Origin: Batkoa obscura
Taxonomy: Eukaryota
Length of the DNA stretch: 64,000 nucleotides
NCBI GenBank assembly: GCA_030770535.1
Contig: JASVEC010000029.1
Coordinates: 310,001 to 374,000, forward strand
Reading direction: 5' to 3'
Below the pieces are notes generated by a model. The model did not search any database. It saw only the letters and a program-made list of their open reading frames with translations, and had not been told where the DNA came from. The position numbers and the translations under genes are program-made. Every line of letters starts with the position of its first letter. The stretch's first letter is position 1. This document shows, piece by piece, positions 26,420-39,213 of this stretch.

Positions 26420-26499
26420 TAGGGAACTCGTCAAAATCAGAAGTTGGTTCCAAATTGCATTATATTTTGAAATCAACTTCTGTTTTGATGAGTCCCCTA
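26420..26499. repeat. ~80-bp imperfect palindrome (hairpin or MITE-like)
   Basis: tagggaactcgtcaaaatcagaagttggttccaaa pairs with tttgaaatcaacttctgttttgatgagtccccta. Confidence 0.8.
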
Positions 26500-26894
26500 A
26501 TAAAAATTTAAAGTATTTAATGCTAAAGCAATTATATACAAAAAATATAAGTCTTTTTTTCCAAAATTCAAAAACATACAGCTTATATAATGAATATCAA
26601 AAACTATTGTTGCTTCTTTTTATCTTAGGTATTTTATTTCAATAAACTTTCATGTTTAAAATTTTTAGTTTAGTATTAGTTCCTTACTAAAATTTGTGTA
26701 GTTAAATGTGCTTTTTTTTACAAAGCTTAGTGCAAATTTTAATTTTTTCCGCATTTATACAACTAAAATGAAACTTTTGATACATCCATTTTTCTATTTT
26801 AGTAACTATACTTCTTGGAAAATAGTATGCCACATTATTTAGACATACCAGATTACAAAAACCAGCTTTTTCTCTAGTTACTTCGTTTGATTAT

Positions 26895-27257
26895 ATTAAT
26901 ATACTAAATACTGCACTAAATATCGCATAATACTCTGTGTTTGAAATTATGGCCTTATATGCTTATAACTTCGTTTTTGATCTTCTTGGTATAGGCACAT
27001 CTTTATTTCCAGTAATAGCAACTAACCTTACAACAGAAGTCTTGTGGTATCTTTTGGAAACAGAAATAAGTAATCTAGGAGGGCAAAATTGGTCTATATA
27101 AAGCATATTCCTCATACAATTGGTTCTTCATTTACCAGTATCCCTTGTCTGTGAGTACGTTTTTAAGCAAATTGAACATAAAAACTATTGTGCTTTATTT
27201 CTCGTCAGTATGTATGCAACAGCAATTATTAGTAATCGTTTAAGAAAAATGATATAA
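26895..27257 (+). pseudogene. More diverged pseudogene of the same small membrane-protein family
   Basis: NIA*YSVFEIMALYAYNFVFDLLGIGTSLFPVIA...YVFKQIEHKNYCALFLVSMYATAIISNRLRKMI*, with two internal TAA codons. Confidence 0.7.
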
Positions 27258-27484
27258 AGTATCTGAATCTTCCATTTGATAATGATATTAAAATTAGAAT
27301 ATCTTCTTGTTAAAGTATTTAATTAGATAATAAAGATGACTTAGCCATTGTGAAAGTTTGATACTCAATGGTTGGAGTTAAAAGCAGTCCTTGCTTGATT
27401 AACTTGCCTTGAGTCGAACGGTCTTAGCTTATATAACTAAGATAGACTTAAATTAATAGGAATAATACGTAATACGCTACGAAT

Positions 27485-27866
27485 TATGTGAAATAAATAT
27501 AATAGAAGATACTACTGTAAAATCTATGTAAGATGTTGTCAGAAAGACTTGATGACTTTATTAATAATACAATATCAGGGAGTAATTCAATTAAAAAAGC
27601 TTCGAGTTATCATGTTGAAGAATCTCTTTTATACTTCAAAAAGTACGGATATCAAAACGAGAGGATATCATTCTTTGCAATATGAAGTTAGAAATCCTCA
27701 CAACAAATCAAAACAAGGAACTCTGGATTGATTATACCACATGGTTCGCGGTTAAATTGATTACAAGACTACAACTAGTTTTGTAAACAAGTTCAATGAT
27801 TACTATCTTCTAATTAATCCGAGAGCTGATAAAGCAATACTTCACACCATCAAACTAGCTTTGTAG
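27485..27866 (+). pseudogene. Possible decayed gene of unknown family
   Basis: Protein-like translation across stops and frameshifts: LDDFINNTISGSNSIKKASSYHVEES / TSKSTDIKTRGYHSLQYEVRNP...GTLD*LYHMVRG*IDYKTT... Confidence 0.3.
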
Positions 27867-28405
27867 ATATTTTTAAAAATGCTTTTTATTTAATAATCCA
27901 AGTTTATGAAGATTATTTGTTCCTTTTTTAATATTTATTATAAACTGTATTATATTGACTTATGAAGGTTTTATTCATTTCATATACACAACAGTGAAAA
28001 CCTTTTTGAATGAAAGTAGCAATAATGTGATTATACAGATAAGCTCTAAGACTTCAAAAATAGATCAAAAATTAACAGTGAGATATAATTTTTTGACTAA
28101 TCTTACTATAAATATTTGTAACCAAAATCGATCCAATCATAGTATCTCATCCGTTGGTGCGATATTACGATAGATTCTAACATCCAAGCAATTCTATGAA
28201 CGAGCATAGTTCGTAAATTCGTTAAAAAAGTAAAAAGTAATACTGGAGTAGGTTGGATTAATACGCAGTAAGATACCTATTCTAGTAGTTATTAATGGCT
28301 TAAGAACATTTTGATAATTGAAAATCAATGCTTATTTATATTAAAAATGTGGCTTTACAAAAGACTTTACCTCACAATTCCATTTAATAAACTTATTGTA
28401 AAACA

Positions 28406-28783
28406 ATGGCTAATATTACACCAACCATTATACAGTTTTCTGTAGTCCTTATAGCAGGTTCATATATATATGGCTACTTTAATGATCCCTTTGGTCAAAC
28501 TATGTACTTATTCCCGGTAATAGTAGTCATCTACATGATAGAACGCATAAGGAGCTACCTAAAGTCAAAAGCAAACGATGGAACAGTGCTAGGCGGGGTT
28601 ATATCGATTTTCAAACATATGGTTCTTTTTATAGCAGTATCTGATGTTTATAGCTTTATTTTTAAAAAAATTGGGTTTTGCAGCTTTCCCACATCACTCC
28701 TATTAACTATGTATACTACACAAGCTTTAAACCATTATTTAAAAAAAACGACAGAGAAACACCCTTATTTTTCAAGGTGGTAA
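28406..28783 (+). CDS. Small multi-pass membrane protein of unknown family
   Basis: Intact 125-aa ORF with about four hydrophobic segments. Two degenerate paralogs lie upstream. Confidence 0.7.
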   Translation: MANITPTIIQFSVVLIAGSYIYGYFNDPFGQTMYLFPVIVVIYMIERIRSYLKSKANDGTVLGGVISIFKHMVLFIAVSDVYSFIFKKIGFCSFPTSLLLTMYTTQALNHYLKKTTEKHPYFSRW

Positions 28784-29156
28784 TGGGCTAAAAAATACAT
28801 TTGAATAAAATTAGCACTTTCATAGATATGTATATATACAGTTTATTAAATAAAGCTATTTGTTTTATTTTTTGAAAATTGCTTTGTTGAATATTTAAAA
28901 TTAATTAGCTTCATAACACACTTTTTTGATCTTTATCATAATGAAATATTATTATTATACTTTTATTCGTCTTTTGTAAATATCAGTATAAGTCTCTCTG
29001 AGTAAAAAAATAGTAAAATGTTTGTAGAGATAAGCTTTGGAAATTCAAAAACAATAAAAATTTTGTCTATTGAAATGAAACTTGTTAAGTAAACTCATTG
29101 TGTATATTTCAAATTAAACATTTATCAAATAAAATAAATATGAGTATGTGAATAAT

Positions 29157-29517
29157 TTAAGCCTTATTGTTTTTAATAAATTCAATCCCTTTTTCAATCT
29201 TACTACTTAATTCATTCATATTAACTTCCAACTCATTTAATCGCGTTTCGTTTGTACTATCAGTTGAAAAGGAAGATATATTAGAGTTCAAATTTTGTTT
29301 CAAGTTTAAATAACCTAGTACTGGGGCAATGTCATCTATGATAAGAAATTAATTAATTTGCTATAAGACTCTCTTCGATAAAATGAATAAAACTCTATAC
29401 TGCTACCTATTTTTCATTACCTGTTTTTTCAATATTTGAGTACGTTTTGTCATTTATTATTATTTCATTCAAGTCTTCTAATATTGAATTAAATTGTATA
29501 TTTGATACTTTGTCCAT
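29157..29517 (-). CDS. Small (~90 aa) coiled-coil protein of unknown function; 2 exons
   Basis: MDKVSNIQFNSILEDLNEII...IEKT|DDIAPVLGYLNLKQNLNS...RLNELEVNMNELSSKIEKGIEFIKNNKA*. A phase-1 GT-AG intron keeps the frame. Confidence 0.6.
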
Positions 29518-30056
29518 TCTCTTTTAAAAGTTGAACTTAATTTTTAGATATTGAAATTTTAAGTTCCATGTTAGACAAATTTTGAGTTTCTGAAATTACA
29601 ATTTTCTATGATTTGGTATTGAGCTAGAATTTTTACAGTTATTCTTATATCCTCTGGCTAACATACCTTTCAATTGGCTTCTTCAAAATTAGCTTCTCTC
29701 TATATAGAATCTATTTAATAAATCATAATATGAGTATAAAAAACAAAAATTTAGTTTAATTAATAAAGAAGTTAAAACAAAAAACAGTTTAGAAGAGAGA
29801 GGAAGGGGTACTACAGAATGAAGTTAAACACAAAAATAGTAACAAGTTAAGCTCTTTTAGTTTCAAACTTTAGTTTTAAAGGCTATAAAAATGATTCATT
29901 TCAACAAAAATTGGACGATTCATTAAGCTCTCTCAAATACAATGCATCTAAGGATATAGAATGAATATACAAAAAAATGTTAACAATGTTAAGCTCCTTC
30001 GGGATTTTAAAAAACAATATTACAAAAAAGAAGAGAAACAAGTCCTTTTAACACAT

Positions 30057-32120
30057 TCATTCATCTTCTTCGTCCTCTAATGTATTTTGATATTCGATTG
30101 ATTTTCTATATAAATCTACTATTTCTAATGCTGGACTTCTTCGTTTTAAAAATTTATTCTAAAAATGTTTTATTAATAGATGTTTTTTTAAATACATCAA
30201 TTTAGCTTACTTCCAAAAGTTCTGAAGCACTTGACCTTTTTTCTGGATCACATATCAAGGCGCTATAAAGTAGTTGTTTGAACTCTAAACTCCAATCATA
30301 AGGATCCTCTAACTGTGGTGGAACTCCAGATAAAATGGATTCTTTTGCCTAAATTAATTGAATATTAAAAATAATTTTCAAAAAAAATCAAATATTACCG
30401 TAACAGCATCTAGTCCCATTAATGGTGGTCCACCTTCTGCCATTTCTAATAATAAAATACCAAAACTCCAACTGTCAGTCTAAAATAACGAATAATCTAA
30501 TTTCTGCCGACTAATTAAATAATTATAAGGCTTACTTTGTGATTATAACGATCTCCTTTTATCATTTCTGGTGACATCCAATATAAAACCCCAATAGATT
30601 CATTTGGTTGAGCTATTCCTTGTTTAAAATCACATGCTTTAGCAAAATCAGCTTAAAATTTAGGTTAGCATTTATTTTATTGGCTAATACAACTAAAATA
30701 CCTAATTTGATTTGTCCGTTAGAATTGATGAGGATATTATCACTCATAATATCACGATGAATACGATTTAGCTTTTCTAAAAATGAAAGCGCGCATAAAA
30801 TATCATAAGAAATCCTAGCAATTTGATATTCGTTCATTCGTATCTCTGGATAAGATGAAATTATATCCGTTAGTGGTCCCATATCCATATATTCCATCAC
30901 CATCTACATAAAATTATAAACTCGTTTACTATACATAGAATATAAAAACTTTACCCATAATGAAGCATCATTTATATAACAGCCATCGAAGAATAAAAGG
31001 TTAGGGTGATTGTTAGTTTTCATCATAAATAATTCGTTTTTTAAAGTTTCTAATTTTTGTTTCATGTCTTTTTTGATTATTTTAATCGCAACCTATAATT
31101 TCAAATTAATAACATTAATTTAAAATTTACATTTCATTACTTTTTTCCCAGTTTTGCTATCAATCGCTTTATGTACATCCCCTGATTCTCCTTCAGCTAT
31201 TGCTTCAATTTCGCTAAATTTAGTACTTGGTTCAATAACATCAACCACATAGTCCCTTAACTGATAATCATCAACAAAGTGAGGTGTTAAAGGTCCTACT
31301 GAACTTAAAGAATCACGCGGGCTTGAGGTTGAAAATCGATCTGAGTATGATGTAAGTGCTTTTAAAGGCTGCGGTATTTCTAATGATTCTCTTTGAGCCT
31401 TATCCAAAGCCATTTCTAAAAGAGAAGGTTCTCTACTTTGATTAAACACTTCTTCTTGATAAACCGATCGTCTTTTAGTCAAACTTGAGATTGAATTCAA
31501 ACTAACTCTACGAGTTGCCTTTGCTGTAGAATAGCGAACTGAAGCTCTGTTGAAGTCAAATCCTTTATCATCCATTAATTTATCTGGGTAAGAAGACGGC
31601 ATAAGTGAAATGCCACTTTCTGCAAACTTATCAAGCCAATCTTTAGGTATACCAATAGCAGATGGTGTGCCTGAAGAAAAATTTATTGACATTTCATGTT
31701 TCACTCCATAAGGAGTTCCAATTGAAACAGGATTTTCTCCAGTCCTAGGATAAACTTCTGGGATTTTAGGTACTAAGTTAGGATCAATATAACGAGTATT
31801 TAAAAGATCCTCATGTGGAACTCTTGATTGCCAAACATCTGGGACGCCCTAAAAAATTAATATTGTATAATAATAATTCTTAAAGCTCTATTTACCATAA
31901 ATCTTCCAGAGTCTCCGTTATACTCAATATGTATACCATGTTCGAAATTGGTCGGACCACCTATTGAAATAGACTGACTATTTGGATCTTGGACCAATTC
32001 AGGTATAGCCTTTTCTTTTAATCCTTTGCCTTTAAATATACGTGAGGGAGATTGAAGTATATTGTACATCCATCCAGACATGGCTGGTTTTCCGTTTTGT
32101 TTTGAGGTTGAGCCAAGCAT
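30057..32120 (-). CDS. PAK/Ste20-like kinase with two CRIB motifs and atypical catalytic motifs, multi-exon
   Basis: ISIGGPTNFEHGIHI, VSIGTPYGVKHEMSI, IAEGESGDV, VAIKI, VMEYMDMGPLTDII, HRDIMSDNIL, ADFA, YWMSPEMI and DSWSFGILLLEMAEGGPP. Confidence 0.85.
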
Positions 32121-33436
32121 AAAAAAGCAAAGGTAAAATCGTGAATAAAGTACTGAATCAAAGATAAAATAAAATTATTGAATCTTCAATTATGTAGTTT
32201 ACTAGTTATAATAATTAATAAAGTAAATTTTATCGAACACTTAATAAAACTTTTCTTTAATTTTAAACATTTAATTATAGAAATTATCTTTATTAAGAAA
32301 TATGCGGGAGAGGGAAAATAAAATTGGCCAATCAAACCACATTCGCCTGGTAAGCAGTAAATCCCCTTAAAACTCTTTAAAAAAATCAACTAATAGATCG
32401 ATAAAAATGATCTTAAAAGCCATTAGAAGTGAAATAAATAAGGTTTTAAGTAATAGCAATGATGATTTTAATAAATTATAGTATATTTTACAATTATATA
32501 TTAAAGTAAGACTCTGATATCTTTAATAATAACCTTTATTCTCCTTTTCTCAAAATAAACAAAAATCTTGAATTTTATTTTTAAATTAAGAACCGTTGAA
32601 TACAAAAAATTAGAACAAATTCTTAAATTAATCTGAAATTCCAAGCTTTATTATTTGTTAAAAAATAATACTGGCAAGTTTTGATGATTGGACTTTGACT
32701 ATGAGATGAACTTTCTAAGTTTACTTATTCTTATTTTAATTGCTATTACAATGGAATTTAGTATTAATAGTATAGTTATCGTAATAAAATAACATTAATC
32801 ATTATGCTTTGATACTATTAAAAGCGCTATCAAATATAAAATATACACTAAATTGAAAAATACAGCATACAATTCAAGTTTGTTTAAAAATCTTAAAGCT
32901 TTAAAGATTTACTGGTAAAATCTGTAACAAGGATTCGGGATAAATCTGAATTTTAAAGTTTCGTTTAAAATTTCATCTGGTGTTTCTATAAATAACTTTC
33001 TTAAAATAGAATTTTATTGAGTATTTGTAAAATTTTATTAAAATTTAAAAAAAAATTAATAGTAGCTAAATCATTCAAAAACATATTTTTTAATTTCAAA
33101 ATATAATGCTTTTACTACGTTTTATTATAGTATACTAGTTTTTGAAGCAATTTTTGTACTTGGACTATATTATATAGAGGAACTTATGTTATTTATATAT
33201 CACACTAAAGCTTATTAGTCTAACAAGGTATATAAGGTACATTTATTAAAAAGATTGATAGCTTTTAAATCAAAACTGAGAATAATATACTGGCTTTTTA
33301 ATTTTCAATAAGAACCCTTGAGCTTCTTTTATCAAATGGGAAAATATTGTCAATTTTTAAATATTCAATATTGTCAAATTTTTGCTAAAATACAATATTG
33401 AAAGCATCTGATAAACAACATAAAATAAGCTCATTT

Positions 33437-33536
33437 GGGGATATATTTTTGTGTTTAAGAATTTTACTAACAATTTTTCTGCTCAAATAGCGCTTAAAAA
33501 ATGGAAAAAATAATGAAGCCAAAAAAAAACAGCCCC
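33437..33536 (+). mobile_element. MITE copy, TSD ATTT
   Basis: ATTT-ggggatat...acagcccc-ATTT. Confidence 0.9.
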
Positions 33537-34107
33537 ATTTATTGAAATTAAATTGTCGTTAATGCCTTTTCCTTAATAGCACAAATATCCTTTTTAAGGA
33601 GTGATAAGAGAGAAGGTAAATGATAGAGCCATGTTAGATAAGGGACGAGAGTAAAGCCATCAAAAATATCTTATGATAAGTGCCAAAATATTTGTAGTTT
33701 TCGACTTTTCATCTTGACTTAAAATTAATGTTTTCGTGGCACTAAGTTTAATTTTATCCGCATGTTTAATAATGATGAGGTTAAGGAATATTTAGAAGAA
33801 ATCACAAATGCACTTAGTAGCATATGAATTAAATATATTAATATAAGGTGTATCATTAACGTGATTACCCATTAATGTGATATTCAGTAACATACTGGGT
33901 GCTCTAACAAATGGGGGTATAGCTTTGTGTTTTTTTCTGAACTTTCAACCTCATATTTAGTTGCTAAAACCGAGATTTAAATTTATATTTACTTTGACCA
34001 CCACAATCAGTTATTCACTAAATAAAACCCATAATAACCGATCCCAAATTATAGTCAACTAAAATAGTGTGACTGAATATTTTTTTCGAAAAAAAGAGAA
34101 ATCCAAG

Positions 34108-35745
34108 ATGAGCAACCATTCAGCCTACAATTCACCATTAACTTCTCGTTATGCATCTAAAGAGATGTCTTACAACTTCTCAGATGACAAGAAATTTTCG
34201 ACTTGGAGAGCTCTTTGGTTAAACTTAGCTACTGCTGAGAAAGAACTTGGTATTGGGGGTATTACTGATGAAATCTTAAAAGAGATGAAAGATAATTTAG
34301 TAAGTGAAATATAACATAATTGATAAAATATTGAATCAGTTGTTAGACAAATATTGATTATACAATCGCCGCCGAGGAAGAAAAGCGTAGACGTCACGAT
34401 GTTATGGCTCACGTACACACTTTTTCGATTGCTTGTCCAAACGCAGCTCCAATCATTCATTTAGGAGCAACCTCATGCTTTGTTACCGATAACGCTGATC
34501 TTATTGTTCTAAGAGATGGGTTAGATTTACTTTTATCAAAACTTGTACCTGTTGTTGAGTCCTTAGCCAAATTTTCAGTTGATTATAAAGACTTACCAAC
34601 CCTTGGATTTACCCACTTTCAACCTGCCCAACTTACCACTGTCGGTAAAAGAGCTACTTTATGGTTACAGGTATTGCGATTGAAATTACAAAAGTAATTG
34701 TAAACTATAATTGTTATTTTAGGAACTTTTATGGGATCTTAGAAATATTGGTCGTGCTCGTAATGATCTTAGATTCCGTGGTGTTAAAGGTACTACAGGT
34801 ACTCAAGGATCTTTCCTTTCACTCTTCCAAGGTGATCATGAAAAGGTAAGCATCATAATATTGGCGATGATTTTTTAATTAAAGGAAATAGGTTGAAAAA
34901 CTTGACGAATTAGTAACTAAACTTAGTGGTTTTGAAGTACCATATGCTGTTACTGGTCAAACCTATTCCCGTAAAGTAGATATTGATGTTGTCAATTCTT
35001 TATCTTCTTTCGGCGCAACTGCTCATAAGATCGCTACTGATATTAGATTACTTGCTAACCTTAAAGAAATTGAAGAGCCATTTGAAAAGGATCAAATTGG
35101 CTCTTCTGCTATGGCTTATAAGCGCAATCCTATGCGTTGTGAACGTATATGTGCTTTAAGTAGACATTTAATGACTTTATCTGGTAATACATTAGCCACT
35201 GCTAGTGTACAATGGTTAGAACGTACTTTAGATGACTCTGCTAATCGTCGTATCACTTTGGCTGAATCATTTTTAACCGCAGATATTGTACTTACCATCC
35301 TTCAAAATGTGATTGAAGGTTTAGTCGTTTACCCACAAGTAATTCAAAGCCGTATCCAACAAGAATTACCATTCATGGCTACTGAAAACATTATCATGGC
35401 TATTGTTAAGGCTGGTGGTGACCGTCAAGTATGTCATGAAAAAATTCGAGTACTTTCTCACCAAGCAGCTTACGCTGTTAAAGCAGAAGGTAAACCAAAT
35501 AACTTGATCCAATTGGTTAAAGAAGATCCTTATTTCGAACCTGTTTGGGCACAGGTAATATATTATTGATTAAGTTTTTCGTTTTTTAACACTTTGATTA
35601 GCTTGATGAATTGTTAAGACCATCCACTTTTATTGGACGCGCACCTCAACAAGTGACTTCCTTTATAGAGAAAGAAGTTAAACCTGCTTTAGATAGTTAC
35701 CCACAATTCGTTGGTAAAAGATTTGATTCCAGTTTAAATGTTTAA
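34108..35745 (+). CDS. ADE13: Adenylosuccinate lyase, multi-exon
   Basis: [66 protein letters not shown] and [11 protein letters not shown]. Confidence 0.97.
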
Positions 35746-36035
35746 AAGAGACATTATAGAGATTTATAAAATGATAAATGGGTGTATACAGCACTTTTTA
35801 CCTTTATCGGTTTTAATAAGATAGCTTATATTATAAATTTGATTTTATAGTTAATATGACTTTGAAATGTTGGATTAATTAAATTGAACAGTAATTTAGT
35901 AGTTAGATTTTATTTCATATAAAAAAGCTTAATTGAAAACAGCTTACTGTATCAATATTTATAATAAATATCAAATATTAAAACATTATTGTTTGTAAAG
36001 TCAAAGTAAAATAAAATAATAAAAGATAAACAAAT

Positions 36036-36127
36036 GGGGATATTTTTTTGGTTTCATCACTTTTTCCATCTTTTAAGCGCTATTTGAGCGGAAAAATTAG
36101 AAAATTCTTACAAAAAAATGCATCCCT
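36036..36127 (-). mobile_element. MITE copy, TSD AAAT
   Basis: AAAT-ggggatat...catccct-AAAT. Confidence 0.88.
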
Positions 36128-36330
36128 AAATGGTGTTTAGTTAAAATAAAATTTCAAACTATTATTTACTATAAATAATATCTGTTAAAAGTTTAAATAC
36201 ATTGAGAGAATTGAAAATCCAGTGTTTTATTCTTACTTCAACAACACCAATACACTAAAAAAAGCAATTTAAGTTCTCTTTATTTGATTCATTGGTTATA
36301 AACGATAGTATATGATATAGAATAACATAT

Positions 36331-36429
36331 GGGGATGTATTTTTATGTTTAAGAATTCTACTAACAATTTTTCCGCTCAAATAGCGCTTAAAAGATGGAA
36401 AAAGTGATGAAACCAAAAAAAACATACCT
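36331..36429 (+). mobile_element. MITE copy, TSD ATAT
   Basis: ATAT-ggggatgt...catacct-ATAT. Confidence 0.9.
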
Positions 36430-36719
36430 ATATATATAAAAATGAAAAAAAATGAAAGGTTAATTTTAATATATTAATGAAAATAAATAAAGTTAAAAAG
36501 AATTAACTTTAAACAATGGTTAACGATTTTGAAGTAGATGTATTAATTAAGGATATCTAGCAACAAATTAGCAACAAATTAGCAACAAGCTTCTATTTCA
36601 TCATAAAGAACTTTAGATGATAAAATATTTAAATTAATTTTAAGGCATATATTTATTTCAATAATATCTTAAAAACATATAGGACTTTAACCCAGATACT
36701 AAAATGGCATAATTGATAG

Positions 36720-37652
36720 CTAATAAGGACCATTATTCCCCCAAATAGGCAAATTACCGATGATTGCATTAATCAAATTTTCATTTCCGTATCTATTTCT
36801 ATCACGATAGGATTTAGAAAGTTCAATATGAATACCACCACCATTTCTATTTGCCACATTCTTTTCATGAGTTCCAGCTAAATCGCTAACGTCATCCACT
36901 TCAATATCATTATTCACATAACGACATGAAGACACGTTATCTTGGTTTTTACAATAAACAACCTTTTCATTATTACCAATGGAATTCTGAATGTCTTTAG
37001 CAACCTTTTGGACGTTTTTATAACGACCTCCAACAATCACTTGAATATCACCTCTTCCGGCAAATCCATGCCATGAAACAATGAATTTGGATCTAATAAG
37101 GTTTGAAAGTTTAGTTGTATTAAAGATGGTGGCAGTGACATGCATAGCATTTGGATGACAAATTTGCTTTTTAACACAATTTTCTTTAATGGTATCAGGA
37201 CACCGAGACTTGTTAAACTTTTCGTTAATAACATTCTCAATTTTTTCACAGCAAATATTTTTATTACAGTTATCGGTTCGAATCTTATTACTAGTTTCTC
37301 CATTTATACTGCAATTAAAATTATAAAAGCTTGCATTATCGAGTCTGTTATATAACTTGTTTGCAAAGTTGTCTGAGTTTAACTCAATAAAACCCCCATG
37401 GATCGCAATTGATGCCACACTTTGACTAGAGATAGTCTCATCCTCACGGATACCAATGAATGGGATGCTTACTTGTCTGGAATTCGGATTAGCTCCGTGG
37501 ATGGCAAATGACATAGCCTTTTCTTGCCTTGGTTTAGTCTCAATAGTCTCGACTGCAGCGTTAGGATTTGCATTCATAGCATCACCAACATTGGTATAAA
37601 AATCAGCAGCAAAAATGGACGATAAGAGTAAATACACATTGAATAGCTTCAT
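36720..37652 (-). CDS. Secreted poly-gamma-glutamate hydrolase-like protein (PghP/DUF867 family)
   Basis: Signal peptide, then IAIHGGFIE, HVTATIFN, VSWHG, VIVGGR, LAGTHEKNVANRN and GIHIELSKSYR. No introns. Confidence 0.8.
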   Translation of the reverse strand: MKLFNVYLLLSSIFAADFYTNVGDAMNANPNAAVETIETKPRQEKAMSFAIHGANPNSRQVSIPFIGIREDETISSQSVASIAIHGGFIELNSDNFANKLYNRLDNASFYNFNCSINGETSNKIRTDNCNKNICCEKIENVINEKFNKSRCPDTIKENCVKKQICHPNAMHVTATIFNTTKLSNLIRSKFIVSWHGFAGRGDIQVIVGGRYKNVQKVAKDIQNSIGNNEKVVYCKNQDNVSSCRYVNNDIEVDDVSDLAGTHEKNVANRNGGGIHIELSKSYRDRNRYGNENLINAIIGNLPIWGNNGPY

Positions 37653-38147
37653 CCTTGATAAAAGTTAATTTCAAAAAACATTTTCTACTTTTTATAGTTG
37701 ACATTCTAAGATTTTTGTTTTATTGGCTATATTAGGATAAATTAATTTTGGAACTATTGGGTTTGACAACCTTTGAACCTACTTTTATTCTTATAACAAA
37801 GTATATACATAACTGCAACAAGAACATTCCAATTTTAAGCATTATCCGTAAAATAGCTCTAAATCCCATAGAAAACACAAAGTTATAAAATAGACGTGAT
37901 GACTTAGAGTCTTGAGATACTATCTAAAGAGTTTTATTTTATTAAAGTAGTGTAAAATGTTAAACTTGCTATCATTAGAATCAAGGGATGCCTCAAAACC
38001 ACTTTTTAAAAAAGGTAACTCATGAAAGCCATTTTAATCTTGATTATAAAAATTTATGCAGAAAAGTTAAAGTACTATCTTTCTACTTTATATCAAAGCA
38101 TTTAATCATGAATAGATTTTTTGTTATATATGTAATAATAGAAATAT

Positions 38148-38977
38148 AATCAAGAAGGCCTTTACCTCTTTGAAAAGGCAAGTTTTTAATGATTCCATTA
38201 ATCTTACCCTTATTTCCGTCCTTACACCTATCACGATAGGATTTAGAGAGCCCAATATGAATACTACTACCATTTCTATTTGTTACATCCTTTTTATGAA
38301 CTCCAGCCAATTCACCAATATCACCCACTTTGCTGTTGTTATCAACATAATAACAGAAAGGCGTATTTTTTTGGTATTTATAACAAACCACTCTATCATT
38401 ATAGCCAATAAAATCCTGAATGTTTTTAGCAACCTCTTGTACGTTACAATATCATCCCCTAACAACTACTTGAAAATCTCTTTTTTCGTTAAAGCCATCT
38501 GATGAAACAATAAACAGGTTTAATAAATTTTGAAAATTTAGTTATATTAAAAACAGTGGGGTAAATATACATAGCGTTTACTTGACAAACGTCTTTTTTA
38601 CTACAATATGTTCCAATGGGATCCGAACATTGGGAACTATCAATTTTTCATTTTCATTGCCATCAATATTTTGACAACAGACGCTTTTATACCAATTAGA
38701 AGTTCGAATATTTTTACTATCTTCATCACTTAATCTACAATTAAAATGATAAAAAACTCCATTACCAAGTCTATAAAATAGAAGTTTTGCAGTCATCGGA
38801 ATGTTTTTCAATAGCACCTCCATGGATTGCAATCGACGATACATATACTTGTTCAGGACCTTATATAATCTATTCAATTGCAACAAGAGGATTTGCATAT
38901 ATCGCATCATTGGCACTAGTATAAAAATCACCAGCAAAAACGGATGATAAAAGTAAGGATATTTTAAATAGTTTCAT
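38148..38977 (-). pseudogene. Pseudogene of the poly-gamma-glutamate hydrolase-like family
   Basis: Starts MKLFKISLLLSSVFAGDFYTS. Frameshifted fragments read IAIHGGAIE, FYHFNC and ELAGVHKKDVTNRNGSSIHIGLSKSYR. Confidence 0.88.
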
Positions 38978-39213
38978 TCTATAAAGTTAAATTTGGTTTA
39001 ATGAAAGTTGATGTTTCGATTTTTCATACCTCAAGCCTATCAATAATCCCATTTTGATGACTGTGTTAAACTAGATAAGCATTGATTAATTCGAGTCCAA
39101 TAAGATGTAAACAATTTAGCTGATTTTATATGTAAAAATGAATGTAGTAGCTGTTATTGCTATAGTTAGATTCTGCTTAATTTAAAAAGGTTAAATTGCA
39201 TAATTTGCGCTTA

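Noticed and set aside
33590..33930. Slightly GC-richer intergenic stretch upstream of ADE13 as an ncRNA
   Set aside because: No tRNA, snRNA or snoRNA structure could be supported by eye.
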